Shown here: positions 1 through 21,930 of the stretch, in pieces
Position numbering within the stretch: position 1 is the stretch's first letter
Layout of the letters: each line of letters begins with the position of its first letter
NCBI RefSeq assembly: GCF_009914755.1
Contig: NC_060938.1
From: the human T2T-CHM13v2.0 reference genome, Homo sapiens
Reading direction: 5' to 3' (one strand)
Length of the DNA: 64,000 nt
Notes under the pieces: generated by a model
Told to the model about the DNA's origin: nothing
Databases searched by the model: none
Seen by the model: the letters and a program-made list of their open reading frames with translations, nothing else
Program-made: the position numbers and the translations under genes

Positions 1-1044
1 AACACCAAGAGCTTTGTGTTGGTGCAGTGTGGGACCCACACAAGGGGGTGTGAGCTTACCCAAGCAACAAGTGGTCCTGGAAGCATTAGGTTCAGGCAGC
101 TGGGTCAGCACCACTCCCTATTATCTTCTTTCCCATCACAGGACATTAAACCTGATCACTTTCACCCCACACCAATTTGAACCAATTCCTCCTTGTGAAG
201 GGTCAGTGTACACATCTGCTTCTTGGCATTTTGCTCTGTTTGGCTGGGTGTTATGACATTAACTTCAATTACTTCAGGGAGAAAAAAACATTTTCCCTCT
301 CTGCAGCTTGAAATATCTCATCAAAGAAATGTGGAGAGTATGGAAATTAGATTTGATTGACAGCCAGCTATTTGCTTCCATCACTTCTGCCATTCTGTAG
401 CTTTCTTTGGATAAAGGAGTTTGGGCTCTTCTGACAGCCCAGTGGGCAACAACCTCATTTTAATAATCCTCTCCCCTCAGGGGAAAAAGTAAAGACGGAA
501 ACTTCATAATGAAATTACTGTGCCTCAAAGATGTAGTAACTAGATTCTTCCTTTTTGCATTGTTCATGTCCGGGGCTCTGGAAACAAGATACACATTTCA
601 GGCATGCCTAACACTTATTAATGCTCTATTTTCTGAACTGCCTTGAAGATAGATAAGGCCTTCAGCAGGCTAGGCCAAGAACATCAAGTTTTAGAAATAC
701 TATTGAAACACACACACACACTCAGTTCAACTCCATTCATCACATAAAATTATGGATCTAATTTCTCAGTTGAAAAAATTAAAAGACCCTTTTATTTTTA
801 GACTCCCATGTAATCTTTTTTTCCCCCAGTATTATGATAGGATTGGCTGAGGTCGAGGTGATTATCTTCCATTCTCACTTCTCCGTGGCAGGCAAGACGG
901 AAAAGCCTGGGCAGGATACATGTGGCCTCTGTCTCTCTACTCCACGCTCCCACCCTGAGTCTCTTATCTGAGTGGTGAGATTGGAAAATAAACATGGTGA
1001 CTCAACATTTTGGAGATTTTAAAATTCAGGAAGATTTATCTCTT

Positions 1045-1512
1045 AGGATGGTTTTGGCTGCAAGTTACAGGTACAAGCCACTGAGGGGGCATAAACTTAC
1101 TTTAGTTTAAGTAACAAGAAGCCCAGAGTCAGGGAGATCTGCCATTGGTGTTGCTGCTCTACAATGTCATAAAGGACCCAGATGCTTTCCTTTTTTCTGT
1201 TCTGCCATCCTCAGCATGTTGACATGCCTCCCCACCTCCAGCCTTAGTGTCCTGAAACAGCAACAGCTAAAGCAAAAAGGAAGGGAATCAAGAGAGGAAG
1301 GTATCTTGTTCCAAGCGTCTCTCTTTCAAAAGAGGAAAAGTCTTATAGAAGTTTCCTGCAGATTTCCTCCTTAATCACATGATCTAGATATCAAGGAAGG
1401 CTGAGAATAACGGTATCAGGCATTTTCAGCCTCTATAGTTGGAGACCAGCTCTGCTGGAAAGGGATAAAAGCAAGGAATAGCTGTAGGGTAGATAACCAC
1501 CAGTGTCTGTCA
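1045..1512 (-). mobile_element. Old MaLR LTR (MLT1J/K/L-like)
   Basis: Motifs ggttttggctgcaagt...aacaagaag and ttctgccatcctcagcatgttg, typical of reverse-orientation old MLT1. Confidence 0.55.
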
Positions 1513-2179
1513 AATGTGTAGCTTCAATTCAGGGCAAAGGTCATTTGACTACATATCAAGCTATACTCTCATTTAACTTCGTTCAATAAGAAAGCCAATA
1601 TTTTTATCTCCTCCTGTCAGATTCTTGCATCTTATTTTTCTATTAGTTCCAAGCTCAGAGCAAAGAAAGGAACATAATTACTTATTACCTCTGAACACTA
1701 ACAATTACTGCCAGGAGCATTGTTGACTGTAGGAAAAGCAACCACCACCCATCTTTGGGCCACAATGTCTTTATCTGAAAAGCAAGGGGGCTGGATGAAA
1801 GCATCTTTAACGCCCTTTCCAGCCCTGACGGTTTATGATCCCATGACTGTGCATTCAAATGCCTCCATGCAGTGAATCAAATCATAAGCACCCTTAAAAA
1901 ATGTTATGAAAGGAAGAAATTTGACTGACATCGACTCGCATTGGCCTTAGGGAATCAAAACTTTGAAGCCAGTGTCAGTTTAATAAAAATATGAACTTAC
2001 GAATGTGCCCCAGCCATGTTATTGAAAATAGCCATGTAATAGGCTTACAAGACTTTAGGAAAATTGCTGCTACCTTAAGAATGAGTTGTATAAGGCAAGC
2101 AGAATGACAAGGCACTAAAATGGATCTCTCCTTCATCAATTTCATTAAGCAATCATTAAGAGACCAACGACCTGTCTTG

Positions 2180-2410
2180 TAGTGCCACCATCTTCAAGAT
2201 GTTACCTATAAAACCACGACGGAAGGGAAAAAGGGAGCCTGGAGAATTGTGTAAACCTGAAAGTGGGTACATCATTTTCACCCACACTACACTGGCCGTA
2301 ACTAAGTCTTATGGCCCTGACCTAACTGCAAGTAAGGCTAGGGAATAAAGTTGTCCTGTCTACCCAAGAAGATGAAATAAATTGGTGAACACACAATTAT
2401 TGTTCCCACC
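2180..2410 (-). mobile_element. Old MaLR LTR fragment (MLT1K/L-like)
   Basis: cactggccgtaactaagtcttatggccctgacctaactgcaag motif. Confidence 0.5.
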
Positions 2411-2439
2411 ATAGCTTCTTCACATTTCTATGGAGCAAT

Positions 2440-3065
2440 GCCTTCAAATTCTAATGAAAATGATTTTTATCTCCAAATTCTATACCCAACCAAACCTTCA
2501 GTCAAGCATGAGAGTAGAATAAAAAAAAATACAGACATGAGAGATCTCAAAAATTGTATACTCCACACACCCTTTCTCAGGAAGCTACCACATAATGTAA
2601 ACAAGGAAGTATATAAAAGAAGAAGCAACTATCTAACATAGGAATCAGGGACCCAATGCAGAAAAGAGTTGAAGTCCCGAAATAATAGCTGTATAGTAGG
2701 TCTAAAGAGCAGCAAATCTAAACCGGAGCAGCAGGGTAACTGCATTTGAAGGATGGAGAAAGGGGAAATGGGCTGGTGACCTATTCTATCACCAGGTCTT
2801 AGCTTATGCTGCTCGCTCATGTTCCATAATAGGAAGTCAACAAATAAAGCCTAAAATTTATAAATTGATAAATAGCAGTACAGGCATATTACTTGGGAAT
2901 GGAGAAGTAAATTCCAAAAGAAACAGCCAAAAAGAGTTGAAAATGGTTGCCCCAGGATAGCTGTACCTGGAGGAGAGGGGAAGGTTGAGCAAGAGAATGC
3001 CATTTTTTATTGTAACTCTTGGTATAGTATTTGACTTTTTAACCATGTAATATATTTTTGTGCTA
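2440..3065 (+). mobile_element. Ancient HAL1/L1ME4-like fragment
   Basis: attctatacccaaccaaacc...ccctttctcaggaagctac is ORF1-like; the tttgactttttaaccatgt end is typical. Confidence 0.45.
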
Positions 3066-3125
3066 AAAGATTTGACATGTTTTTAAGTAAAGATGAGAGA
3101 GGGAGATAGAAGTTTTTATAATCTT

Positions 3126-9962
<6,837 letters not shown>

Positions 9963-10220
9963 AAGTTTTTATAATCTTTTCCTTTATTGTACCCAAAGGT
10001 CTCACCTAGGCCCTTATCATGTCCTCAGAAGGTCAAGGAGAGAAAAAGGAAACAAAGTAAATGTGCACATATATAACACCTTTTTTGAACCCCAAGCAGA
10101 ATATTTTCTCCTTCATCCAATTAAAAAAAAAAAAAAAAAAAAACAAAACTTGCCAATGGCCCCCCTTCCTGAAGAATTTCAAGGGGAAAAGGGAAAGGGC
10201 TGGTCACAATAGATCTGGCC

Positions 10221-10930
<710 letters not shown>

Positions 10931-11071
10931 TCAGTAGTGACCCCATGTACGTTGGCCCTCTCCTCCATTGTGCCAAAAAAAGATATAAGGTATTTTACAC
11001 ATTTTTCTGAAATCAAGAGGCACTATATCCTTATCTAATGGCTTCATAAACCTCTCAAAAAATTTTTTTTG

Positions 11072-11344
11072 TTCCAGCACAGTGGCTAATACTTGTAATC
11101 CCAGCCCTTTGGGAGGCCAAGGTGGGAGCATCACTTCAGCCCAGGGGTTTAAGACCAGCCTAAGCAACATAGTGAGACCTTATCTCTACAAAAGATTAAA
11201 ACATTAGGTAGTGCATGCCTGTGGTCCCAGCCTACTAGGAAGGCTGTGATGGGAGGATCACTTGTGCCTGGGAGGTTGAGGCCACAGTGAACTGTGATCA
11301 CACCACTGCACTCCAGTCTGGGTGACAGGGCAAAACTCTGTCTC
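11072..11344 (+). mobile_element. AluJ followed by a poly(T) run instead of poly(A)
   Basis: Dimeric Alu body with J-type divergence; T run at 11345-11365. Confidence 0.88.
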
Positions 11345-12133
11345 TTTTTTTTTTTTTTTTTTTTTAGTTTGACATGATGTTTTGGTGAGCTCATGTTGAC
11401 TGCCAATGAATATTGCCTTCCTAAGTAATATATACCTTTCAGGCTTACCTTTGTAATTTCAACAACTCATCTTCTGATTTTTTTTTTAATTTGGGCAACA
11501 TTCATTGATCTCTTGGCACTACTGCTGCCCTCCATGATTTTGAAAGTTCACAAAAATAGTTTTGTTGTCATTTCTATAAGATCTATTAGAATATAATTTG
11601 CTAGGTCCTAGATTCTTGACCATATTCATTGAATGAGGGTTTAATTGCCTCTTTCAGCAACATTCATCCTATAGTCATCTGTCGAGCACCATTCCAGGTT
11701 CTGGGATAGAGATGTAAAACATACTAAAAGTCCCTATCATTCAGTAGCTCTTTGTCTAAAGAAACAGCTGAAAAATAAGCCAACAATTACAACAATTTTA
11801 AATGCCATAACAGAGATTTGTGTAGGGAGCTACGGGTTAGAAGGGCACTTAAACAAGCCTGGAGGGGGCAGAGAAAGCTTTCCGGGATGAAATGTCCTCT
11901 GAGCATGTGAAGAGCTGGGAAGTAAATATGCCAAGAGAAAGAAAAGGGCATTCTGCACACACTTAAAGGCTCAGAATTAAGGGATAACTCAGAAAGTTCA
12001 GGAACTGAAAGTCATTTGGCCACAGGGAGAAGTAATAGGAGAGGAAGGGCACATCAAAGGTGAGCAGGGTCCGGTTCTGCTGGGAAGACACTAAGGATCT
12101 TATTCAGAGGAGTGAAATGATCAGATAGGAGTT

Positions 12134-12445
<312 letters not shown>

Positions 12446-12612
12446 TTCAGATAGGAGTTTTAAACAAATCCTTCCAATCCTGAAAACTAAAGTGTGTGTG
12501 TGATAGGAATCAGAAGGTGAGATTCAGACTCAGTGACCAGACATGAGACCACTGAGTTAATGAGGGGAGAAATCCTGAGAAGACAATGGAACTGTGGATA
12601 AAAGAGGAGAGA

Positions 12613-12936
<324 letters not shown>

Positions 12937-14619
12937 TCAAAATCTATCTGGGAGGTTGACACTTGACAGGATCTAGTTACAAAAGGATGATGGAGGAGGA
13001 CACATCTCCAGTGGCTTGTCTGGCTTTGCTGATGGGATAGACGGTTGTACTATTGACCAGCAGGGGAGTTTGGGGGAAGAGGTTTGGGAGCAGGTGAGTG
13101 CACTCTGTTGACTTTGAAAGATTTGCCGGACAGTACAGCAGAGATTACTCACAGGTAGAAAAGTAGGTCTGCACTCCAAAAAGAGGTTGGGGCAAGAAAG
13201 AAAACAACTGTTTTGTTTGCACACTGGGGTGGTAGAAATGGTTTGGGATGAACAAGATCTTCCAGGAATTATGTGGAGTAAAGAAAAGGGGCAAAAAGTC
13301 GAATACAGAGCCTTGTAGCTTAGTACCTACTAATTTAGACCCAAGTGTTTATCTCCTCAGGGATCCCACAGCGCCTTGACCTAACAATCACCATTTTTAA
13401 GTTCATGAAATTTTTTTTTCACATTAAACACAATTAACTTAAAGCTAGGGACAGAATCTTGATTTAGTATTCCCAGGATCAAATACACAACTAAGAATGT
13501 CTACATGTTCAATAAATATTTATTAAACAATGGTATATTCATATACAAGAGGGAGAGAAATAGCAACTCTGACATGCTTCTGTTTCAAAAAATTACCAGT
13601 TTTTAGCATGTCACTCAAAACCAACTTTTATCTAAGAACCCACTCCTTTCCCCTCTCTGTCCCCTCTTTCACTTTACTCACTTCAGAGCACAAATCTGGT
13701 TTCCAGACTCTACCACTTGCTTCCTTGCCTCACTATGAAGAGTATTTTATATTTCTGAATGTCCCCAGTTCACTTTTAAAACTAAAAACCATAGAAATAG
13801 TCTTGACTGACTTCTGCTTTCCAATTATCCTTCTCCGAGTCCCTGGCAAGGCGGGTGAGATCAGCCTCCTGGCTGGAGACGCCACCAATGTGAGCATCGC
13901 AGCTTGAGAAAAAGAGAGCTCGATTATTCTATGGGAGGCTTTTGCAATCAGAACCTCTCCCTGGGGACAGTTTATTGACATTGGAAATTCGTCATGGTTA
14001 CAAAGCACTTTGATTTCACAAAAATAAGACTGTCTTCTCTGCTAAGGTGGCAAGTCGTGTTTTGCTTTTTATGAATTAACTAGGCAAGAACCACAAGTGC
14101 AATGCTGAAGAGCCAAGATTTCTCTCCCCTCCCTAAGCCAGCTACCTAAATACTCAGAAGACAGTGATCTGTGTACATAGTCACAAAATCAGGAGAGTCA
14201 GTGAGGAAGTAAAGATGGAAAGCATTTTATCTTTAAAAGGTAGCTCTTTCATCTTTAAAAGGGCAGGCTCTTGCCTATAGAATCTCATGTTCCCAGCCAT
14301 TGTGTCTTGCTTGGTAACAAACTGGAAGCAAATACAGTTAAGGCACTGTGCTTAGTCTATTATAAGAACTCAATCAACATTAACTAAAGAGCAAAACAAA
14401 AACAAAAGGTGACAACGTCTGAGTTCTGGGAGTTAGCTTTAGTTAGTACAACGCAGCCAATAGTTGGGAGTGGGAACCCATTCAGAGCTCAGGCCTAACT
14501 CTTTCTACACCTGGGAAATGAGAGTAACAAAATCAACTCCCTAGGCTCAACGGGATGGGCAGCATTTAAAGGAAAGTTCTCCTCTTCCTTTCCCCACCCT
14601 TGAGACGGGACTAGAAGAT

Positions 14620-15600
14620 GTTTATGGTGCCATTTTATACCTAATAACAGAAAAATATATTAAAATAACACCCAATACTGACAATGATGTTATGCAAATA
14701 ATGTACCCAAATTCTACAACCCACGCAAATTGACACAAATCTTATGGAAAATACTTTGCCCATATGTGTCAAAGGTCATAGAAAGTTTTCTACCTTCCCA
14801 TTCCTGGCAATTTATCTTAAAGGAAAAGAATTTAAATGAGAATACAATATATGCAAAATATATTTACTACAGCATTATTTTATAAAAATAGCAACAGAAA
14901 ACATCCTACTCACACAAGGATAGGAAAATATTAAAGTATGCTCCATCTACACAATGGAATAATACCTATCCATTAAAATTATTATAAAGACTACAGCATG
15001 TGGAAAAACATTTGACATTAGGTTAAGGAGGAAAATCAGAATACAGAACTATACATAATAAATGCTAGAGCTACACCTGTTTAACAATTATGCAAGCCTA
15101 TGGACATAACTGGAAAGTCATAAATTATAATTAATTTTTTAAGGTGAGTGGATTGTGTTTGCCATTAAAACTTAATTATTTCAAACCTTCAAGGAAAGAA
15201 AATCATGACACTATTTAAACAATCCCAGAGAGGAAAACATCCCAATTCTTTTTACAAAGACACTAATGCAACGACAAAAATAAATTAAGAGAACATCAGA
15301 AAAGAAACCTATATTATTTCTCTTATAAGTACCTATGTAAAAATGCTAAAGAAAATGTCAGCAAGTTGAATTCAGCAACATATTAAACAAATAACATACC
15401 ATGACCAAGTTGGGCTTATTCCAGAAATGCAAGGATGATTCAGTAACAGGAAATCTGTTCATATAATTCTCCATATTAATAGACCCAAGGAGGAAAAACA
15501 CATGATATCATCTCAACAGAGGCTGCAAAAGCATATGATAAAATAGATGCAACATTTATTTTTGACTTAAAATAATACTTAATTTCTTAGTCCAAAAGGA
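14620..15600 (+). mobile_element. Ancient L1M fragments (3' end plus ORF2 RT piece)
   Basis: ccatgaccaagttgggcttattccagaaatgcaagg...catgatatcatctcaacagaggctgcaaaagcat is homologous to L1 ORF2 (compare 7560-7700). Confidence 0.7.
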
Positions 15601-15899
15601 AAAAATGGGTACTTTCTCAATATCATATGTATATACATACATATATATATGTGTATAGTTATACTGAATTTTGATTATTCAAAACTATAAAAACTCAGCA
15701 ACAGATGCTTAGTCTGATGAGTCCCTTGGAGACTAAATGGGCACAATGACCATTCAAAGGCTCAAAGCAGGCCCTGCTATTAGAGAGTGGTCTTCCCAGA
15801 TTCTATCTTCAGCCCGAGTTACTTTACCTCTGTGCTCATTAAGATGCTTTGTGCTACAAACAATACCCATTCTCAACTTTCTCCAGTAGTTAAACAGAC

Positions 15900-16362
15900 A
15901 ATTCCTAGTCCCTACCCTGGCCTCCAGGGACTCTTATGTTCCCACCACTGCCGCCCTCTTATCACCAGTCTCCACCCGACTCAGCTCTATCAGCCTCCTG
16001 GTTTTTCCTAAAATGCACCAAGCACATTCCTGCCTTCGGACTTCTGAATTTGTTTCCCCTGCCAGGAAAGTTCTTTCCTCAGATATTTTAATGGCTCACT
16101 CTCTCACTTTATTCACTTCTTTTACCACATTGCCTCAAATAGCATGCCTCTCACACACAGGACCCCCGGCAACACTCCCCATCCCCTTACCCTGCTTTAT
16201 TCCCTGGCGCTATAGTATAGGTTTATCTGTGTGTTGTTTTCTCTGCTACCATAAAGCCAGCTTCATGAAGGTAAACACTCTGACCATATTGTTCCCTGCT
16301 GCATACCTAGTATCTACGCCAGTGCCTGGCACATAGCGGACATATGCTGAATACGTTGTTGA
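15900..16362 (+). mobile_element. L2 3' end
   Basis: cagtgcctggcacatag...aatacgttgttgaa terminal motif. Confidence 0.65.
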
Positions 16363-16364
16363 AG

Positions 16365-16880
16365 CAAGAGAAAGCCTGACTCATATAGGTTTCAAAATTA
16401 GGAAATTTGTTGTTTTACATAGCAAAATTTCAGAGGTAGAATAGGCTCAAGGAGAGAGCAAAGCTTGGTCTCTTTCTCCCTGAGATTTTCTCTGTTCCTC
16501 CCTCTTTAGCATATCAGCTTTGTCCTCACATGGAGGCACCCTCATGGTCACAACATGGCTGCAGCAGCAACTGGAGCAAGGTACTTTGTCTTTCATGTCC
16601 ACTGAGAAAGAGCAAAACTCTGACAAGTCATTCCTTTCAGTCTGATTGGTCCCCTTTAGTTCATGTGCCCACCTCTGAACCAATCACTGACGAGCAGGAG
16701 GGAATTCCATGACTGGTTCACATGAATCAGGACCCACCTGTAGAGAAGGCTGGTGTCAGCCTCCGCAGCTTCAAGTCATTGCATGAGGAAGGGGCGGGAG
16801 GAAGCCTGAAGAAAATCAAAATTGTATGTGGAAGTGAGAAGTAGAGAAAATGGATCCTGGATAGACAATGAACCATGACC
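16365..16880 (-). mobile_element. MLT1J-like LTR
   Basis: caacatggctgcagcagc...tctgattgg...catgtgcccacctctgaaccaatcactg. Confidence 0.65.
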
Positions 16881-18266
16881 ACTAAAATCTCTGACTCCAA
16901 AGGAACTCCTCAAGCCTAGGGAACTCTTTCTCATGGAGTAACTGGCATCCTGGGATCTTGGAACACAATCCTTGACTTGGGATATTTTTTGAATTAAATA
17001 CCACTCTTAGATTGGGAGCTGCCTCAGCACCTTTCCTCCTGGGAAAGCCTGAGCTCTGAGAAAAAGAGATAAATACAACTCTTTCTTGAAAGGGAAAAGG
17101 AGATAGAAACAATAATAATTCAAAATACATTTCACAGAGAGCAGTTTTTCCAAACTGATATCAAAATACAAAGCATCTACATAGTAAAATATTCCTCCAC
17201 AGAAATTAAAGGTCATTTAATTCATATTCAGGCAGTGTGAATAAAGGCAGCAATTCAGAGCAGGAGAAAATATTTTGTCAGCACAATGAGCAAGGCTGTA
17301 AATTACCGAAAACGTCACCAGCCAGACACTCTAAAGTGTTAAACAAACAGTTTGACTAACAAGTTGCTCTGGGTACATCTCTTGCATTAGGGTGATTTAC
17401 TAGAGAATAGAGGACAAGGAGACATTCACCAAAAAGCATCTGAAGTCTTGCCTACCCTTTGAACCACGATGCAATATCCTATTTCACCTGCTGCAAAACC
17501 ACAGACTGACATCTAGTATGTCATTCCTGAAAGGGGTTCAATCATATTGTTACATTGTGACTCCTTCCCTAAAATCCCTACATGACTCTTTCTTTTTAAT
17601 TATCTGTTGAGGCCTCACTTACTGTACTGAGACATTTTAGGGTGGATATTTCACATGCCTTGAAAATGCTGCTTTTCTCAACGTTAGATACACCTAAACC
17701 GGTATATGTTGGCCCCCTTCCCCCAGCCCTCAATGCTGGAGGCTGCATACAACATGTAGCAAAGCAAGCCTTTGGTTTCCAACACAGAAAAGGTAACACT
17801 TTGAGCATAACTTTCTTGCTTCTTTCTAATTGTCTTCTTCAAAGGGCTTCTGGTATTCATGTGACATGAGCCCCGACATTATCCAGAATTTATAAGAACT
17901 TTCATTAAAAATATCTACCGATTTTGCGATGAATGAGAGGGAATGGTAGGAGATTTGAAGAGGCATGTTATTGTATTACTAACCAAGAAAGTCAATGCAA
18001 GTTGCTCCAGAATACACAACCAGCAAGGAACAGAGCTAGGAGCAGATTGTAGGTGCAAGACGCCCAGCCCAGGGATCCTTTTGCTACAACAATGCCCTGA
18101 GTAGGTGGCCAACTCCCTTTCTGGTGTGTCTTGCTATAGACCCAGTTGGCGCCCACTCTTATGCTGTGTAGTAAAGCACAGATTTAACTCTGAGGTTCCT
18201 TTCATCCAAAGGAAAGTTCTGGTGAAGACTTAAATATCCATAAAGAGATATAAATTAGAGTAAATA

Positions 18267-18543
18267 GGCCAGGGATAGTGGCTCATGCCTATAATCCCAG
18301 CACGTTGGGAGGCCAAGGCAGATGGATCACTTGAGCTCATGAGTTTGAGGCCAGCCTGGGCAACATGGGGAAACCCCATCTCTACAAAAAATACAAAAAC
18401 TTGCCAGGGATGGAGGCATGCACCCCTGTAATCCCAGCTACTTGGGAGGCTGAGATGGGAGGATCACTTGAGCCACGGAGGTCTAGGCTGCAGTGATCCA
18501 TGATGGTGCCACTGGACTCGAGCCTGGGTGACAGAGTGAGACC
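18267..18543 (+). mobile_element. AluJ whose tail has become a GGAA microsatellite
   Basis: TSD-like tagagtaaata on both sides of the Alu plus tail. Confidence 0.9.
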
Positions 18544-18570
18544 AAGAAAAGAAGAGAAGAGAGAAAATAT

Positions 18571-18622
18571 GGAAGGAAGGAAGGAAGGAAGGAAGGAAGG
18601 AAGGAAGGAAGGAAGGAAGGAA
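18571..18622 (+). repeat. (GGAA)13 perfect microsatellite
   Basis: Direct count. Confidence 0.95.
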
Positions 18623-19462
18623 GGAGGCTAGAGTAAATATAGGTAGAAATACATATGAAATAGTTGCTCCAAAAAAATCACAGCAACTCCTGGTTCTGAG
18701 ACTTGTGAGAACTTTCACCCACTGTCCCTCACTAAGCATGTGATATAATGAACAGTGGTACCCACACCATCTCCATAGACAGTATCAGATCAAGTTTAGG
18801 CTGTCTCAAGTTGCTTCTTATTGAAGGTAAATGGCCTAGTACCAAAACAAGGTTCAGTAAAAGAGCAGATGAGTTTGCCAGAGAGGGACCAAAAAGAAGT
18901 TTAGGAAGTATACATCTCTCTAAAATGGAAAGCAAGCCAGAGAGAGGAAAAAAAAATGGACTGGGGGTCTACAGAAGACAAGCAAATGTTTAAAACAGTC
19001 ACTGAGTGGAATGGAGACAGAGGGGTTTGAGCTGAGTAAATAGGCAGCCAGGCTGCAATAAGGGGTCAGATGAGATGAAATGACACATCTGCAGAGACAC
19101 CAATTGCCAGGTCTACATGACTTTATTCAGGAGCATCCAGCACCCCAGGCAAGCAAGGGTGCAGAAAGGCAGAAAGCAAAGTAAATTGAGCCAAGATCTC
19201 CAGGCCAGCTGAAAGGCAAGAGGCTTGAGAACTCTGTGTCGCCAAAAAGGTGGGTGAGAGAATGAGGCAGGGGTCTGAGCTAAATAGATGAGGAAGGGAG
19301 AGAGGAACAGGGAGGGTAGACAGCGCATGGGGTTCTTGCAGCAAGAGCCATGTCACATTTTGAATCTCCAGCACCCAGAATAGTAGATGCCCAATGTATA
19401 CTGAGTTTATGAATGAATGCGTGAAATGGATAAATGAATTCACACACAATCCTGAATGTATA

Positions 19463-19464
19463 CA

Positions 19465-19510
<46 letters not shown>
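19463..19510. repeat. Compound (CA)10(GA)14 microsatellite
   Basis: Direct read. Confidence 0.93.
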
Positions 19511-19513
<3 letters not shown>

Positions 19514-19659
19514 TTATATACTACACTAGAAGACCAGGGTCACCATCAGACAGAGTTCACCATTATTGTTAAATCTGTTCATCCTTGTTACCTCATTTGG
19601 GTTCTTCATTGCTTCCCTTGCTACACCTTTCAAGATCTAAAATTTTGACTCAGGCTCTG

Positions 19660-20014
19660 CATTTTGGGGAACTCAAGCAAAGACAGGGAAGTCTCCTGGG
19701 AGACGTCTACAAAAGAATTTCCTCTCCAGTGGAAAGAGATCTGTAAGGAGAAATTCTTCTTCCTCCTTCTTGATGTACTGATATGAGGGCATGGTGCCCG
19801 GAGCTGTGGCAGCCATCTTGCAAGCAGGAGGATACAAGCCTGTGAATGAAAATCAGTGCGACGAGGACAGCAGAGTGGTGACAGTAAAGTCCCTGGCCCT
19901 TTGGGTATAAAAAATTAATCATCAGACTTATTATGTGAGTTTATAAATGTTTTCATTCCATAAGCCATTGTTATTCCTAATTTCTATTAGTTGCAGCTCC
20001 ATCCTGCCTGACAC
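19660..20014 (+). mobile_element. Old LTR (MLT1J/K-like)
   Basis: ggagctgtggcagccatcttg...tagttgcagc..catcctgcctgacaca. Confidence 0.55.
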
Positions 20015-20304
20015 AATGACACCAAAACAGTGTCCCTCACCTGCAGGTTTTTGTTATACAAGGCTGCTGCAACAGGGGAGATGGCGTTGAACTCACTAAC
20101 CTGAAATATTCATGAATTTAGGTTAGGAAGTTCAGAAGCATAATTACTTAGGGTTGGTCCATGGGTATATTGATGATGATATTTCTGACCAATTAATTCA
20201 AGAGAGACTGATGGAAACAGATAAAATCTAAGCCTCGTATCAGCCAATAATTTGACCTCCCCCTTCCTCTCAATTAGCAAAACAAATTCAAATAAAATAG
20301 TTTA

Positions 20305-20450
20305 CAATTCATATTTGTGGATCTTACTATGTACCAGGCACTATGTTGAGCACTTCATACAAATTATCCCTTTTAATCCTTGGGACAATCCTATGAAGTA
20401 GAGAATATTATCATTTCCATTTTAGAAATGAGGGAAGTCAAGCTGAAAGT
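20305..20450 (-). mobile_element. MIR
   Basis: ttactatgtaccaggcactatg...ccattttagaaatgagggaa core. Confidence 0.7.
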
Positions 20451-21930
20451 AACCATCAGACTCCCATCTTGCGGCAAGTTTCTTCTCTGTTATAATCCTT
20501 ACCCTTTGGTATTAATGTTAATAAGTAATATAATATGCAATTGTCAGGAAATGAGAGAAAGAACACCAAAATGCAAGAGACCCCAGTAATCAAGTGTTAA
20601 CAATAAACCTAATCAGTGTGTAGGCAAATAAAGCCAACTTATTCAGAATTTAGAATAAGATAATTTGGAAAAGTTAACTTTTACATATCTCTTCCAATTC
20701 CATTATCCAATTTCTCTTTAATGGGCTCTAAGTGGATTTCTACCTCACTCCTTCCATGACTAGATCTGGGGAAAGTTTCTTTCAGAAAGGATACCCACAT
20801 ATTACTGAAACATTCTCCAGCCATTTTCAAAGTTTCTCCTAGATAATTAATCTTCTTTTCATGTTCATAAGCCACCAATTACATGTCACCAATGGTAATG
20901 AAAGCCATATCATTAAAATATAAAACTTTTAAAAACACATCTTACAAAGAAACCACAAAGAAAACAAAGATATATGTTGGTTTACTTTAGAGTAACATAG
21001 TAACTCCATGCCATTTAGACAACTCTCCAAGTAAACCACAATTTCTATTATTTATAACCATGACATTTGATCAAAGAAGAATACATGTGGCTTATTTCTC
21101 CATACTTTTTTCCCTGGTAGTTAAGCCAAACACAAATTTCATTATCTGGTTTCTAGTCACAAGAATGACTGTGATTGTTCTCAAATCTCAGACATCACAG
21201 CCAAAAATTTTTGAGAGGGATTGTAGGTAAATCTGAAGAAACAGAAAATAGCAGTAATGGTAATGCTTTTTAGAAATAGTCTGTCAAATGGAGGAAAAAG
21301 GTTGTAAGTAGACATTTTTTTTTAGTGCACTAAAGGAAATCTGTAATCTCTTCTCTTTGGAACTTGTCACTCAAATTCATTGAGGTTCCAGGATAGCTTT
21401 AGGATAAAGTGGTGTCATACTGGGTTTTCTAGCTCTCTGTAAGTATTCTGTAGCAGACTTCAGCTTTTTCTTTGAAGAAAAGCAACAACAATTGTTACTC
21501 AGAGGTTACTATTTGCACTCACTCTCCTCATGAAGAAAAATATCTAAACTACTCCTTGTATAAAACTTCCATTTGGCGATGAGGGAGAAATCTATAGAAA
21601 TATATATACCACACAGAAATGTGCTAGTAAAGCTGCCAGAGAGAAATGTACCACTCAGGTAATTCCACATATTAAAGCATATTTATAAATGTACTAAGAA
21701 AAGAAAAAAAACATTGAGAAACCAGTAGAATTGTGTCATGCATTTTACATGTATTATCTAATCCAGCAACCACCCTATGAGTTTGGTGATATTAACCCCA
21801 TTTTACAGGAAAAGAGAATAATAAACTATCAAAAGTGATGTTTAAAACTTGTTGACTCAATCATTCCCTGTCCTACACATGTATTTGTATGTGTTTCACT
21901 TCAACAGAGAATTTAGAAATAAAAACTTTA

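Noticed and set aside
1-3100. Possible exons or promoter of the neighbouring gene (I recall GPHB5 lying beyond the PPP2R5E 3' end)
   Set aside because: No cystine-knot hormone peptide or CpG island seen; the region is mostly old LTR/L1 remnants
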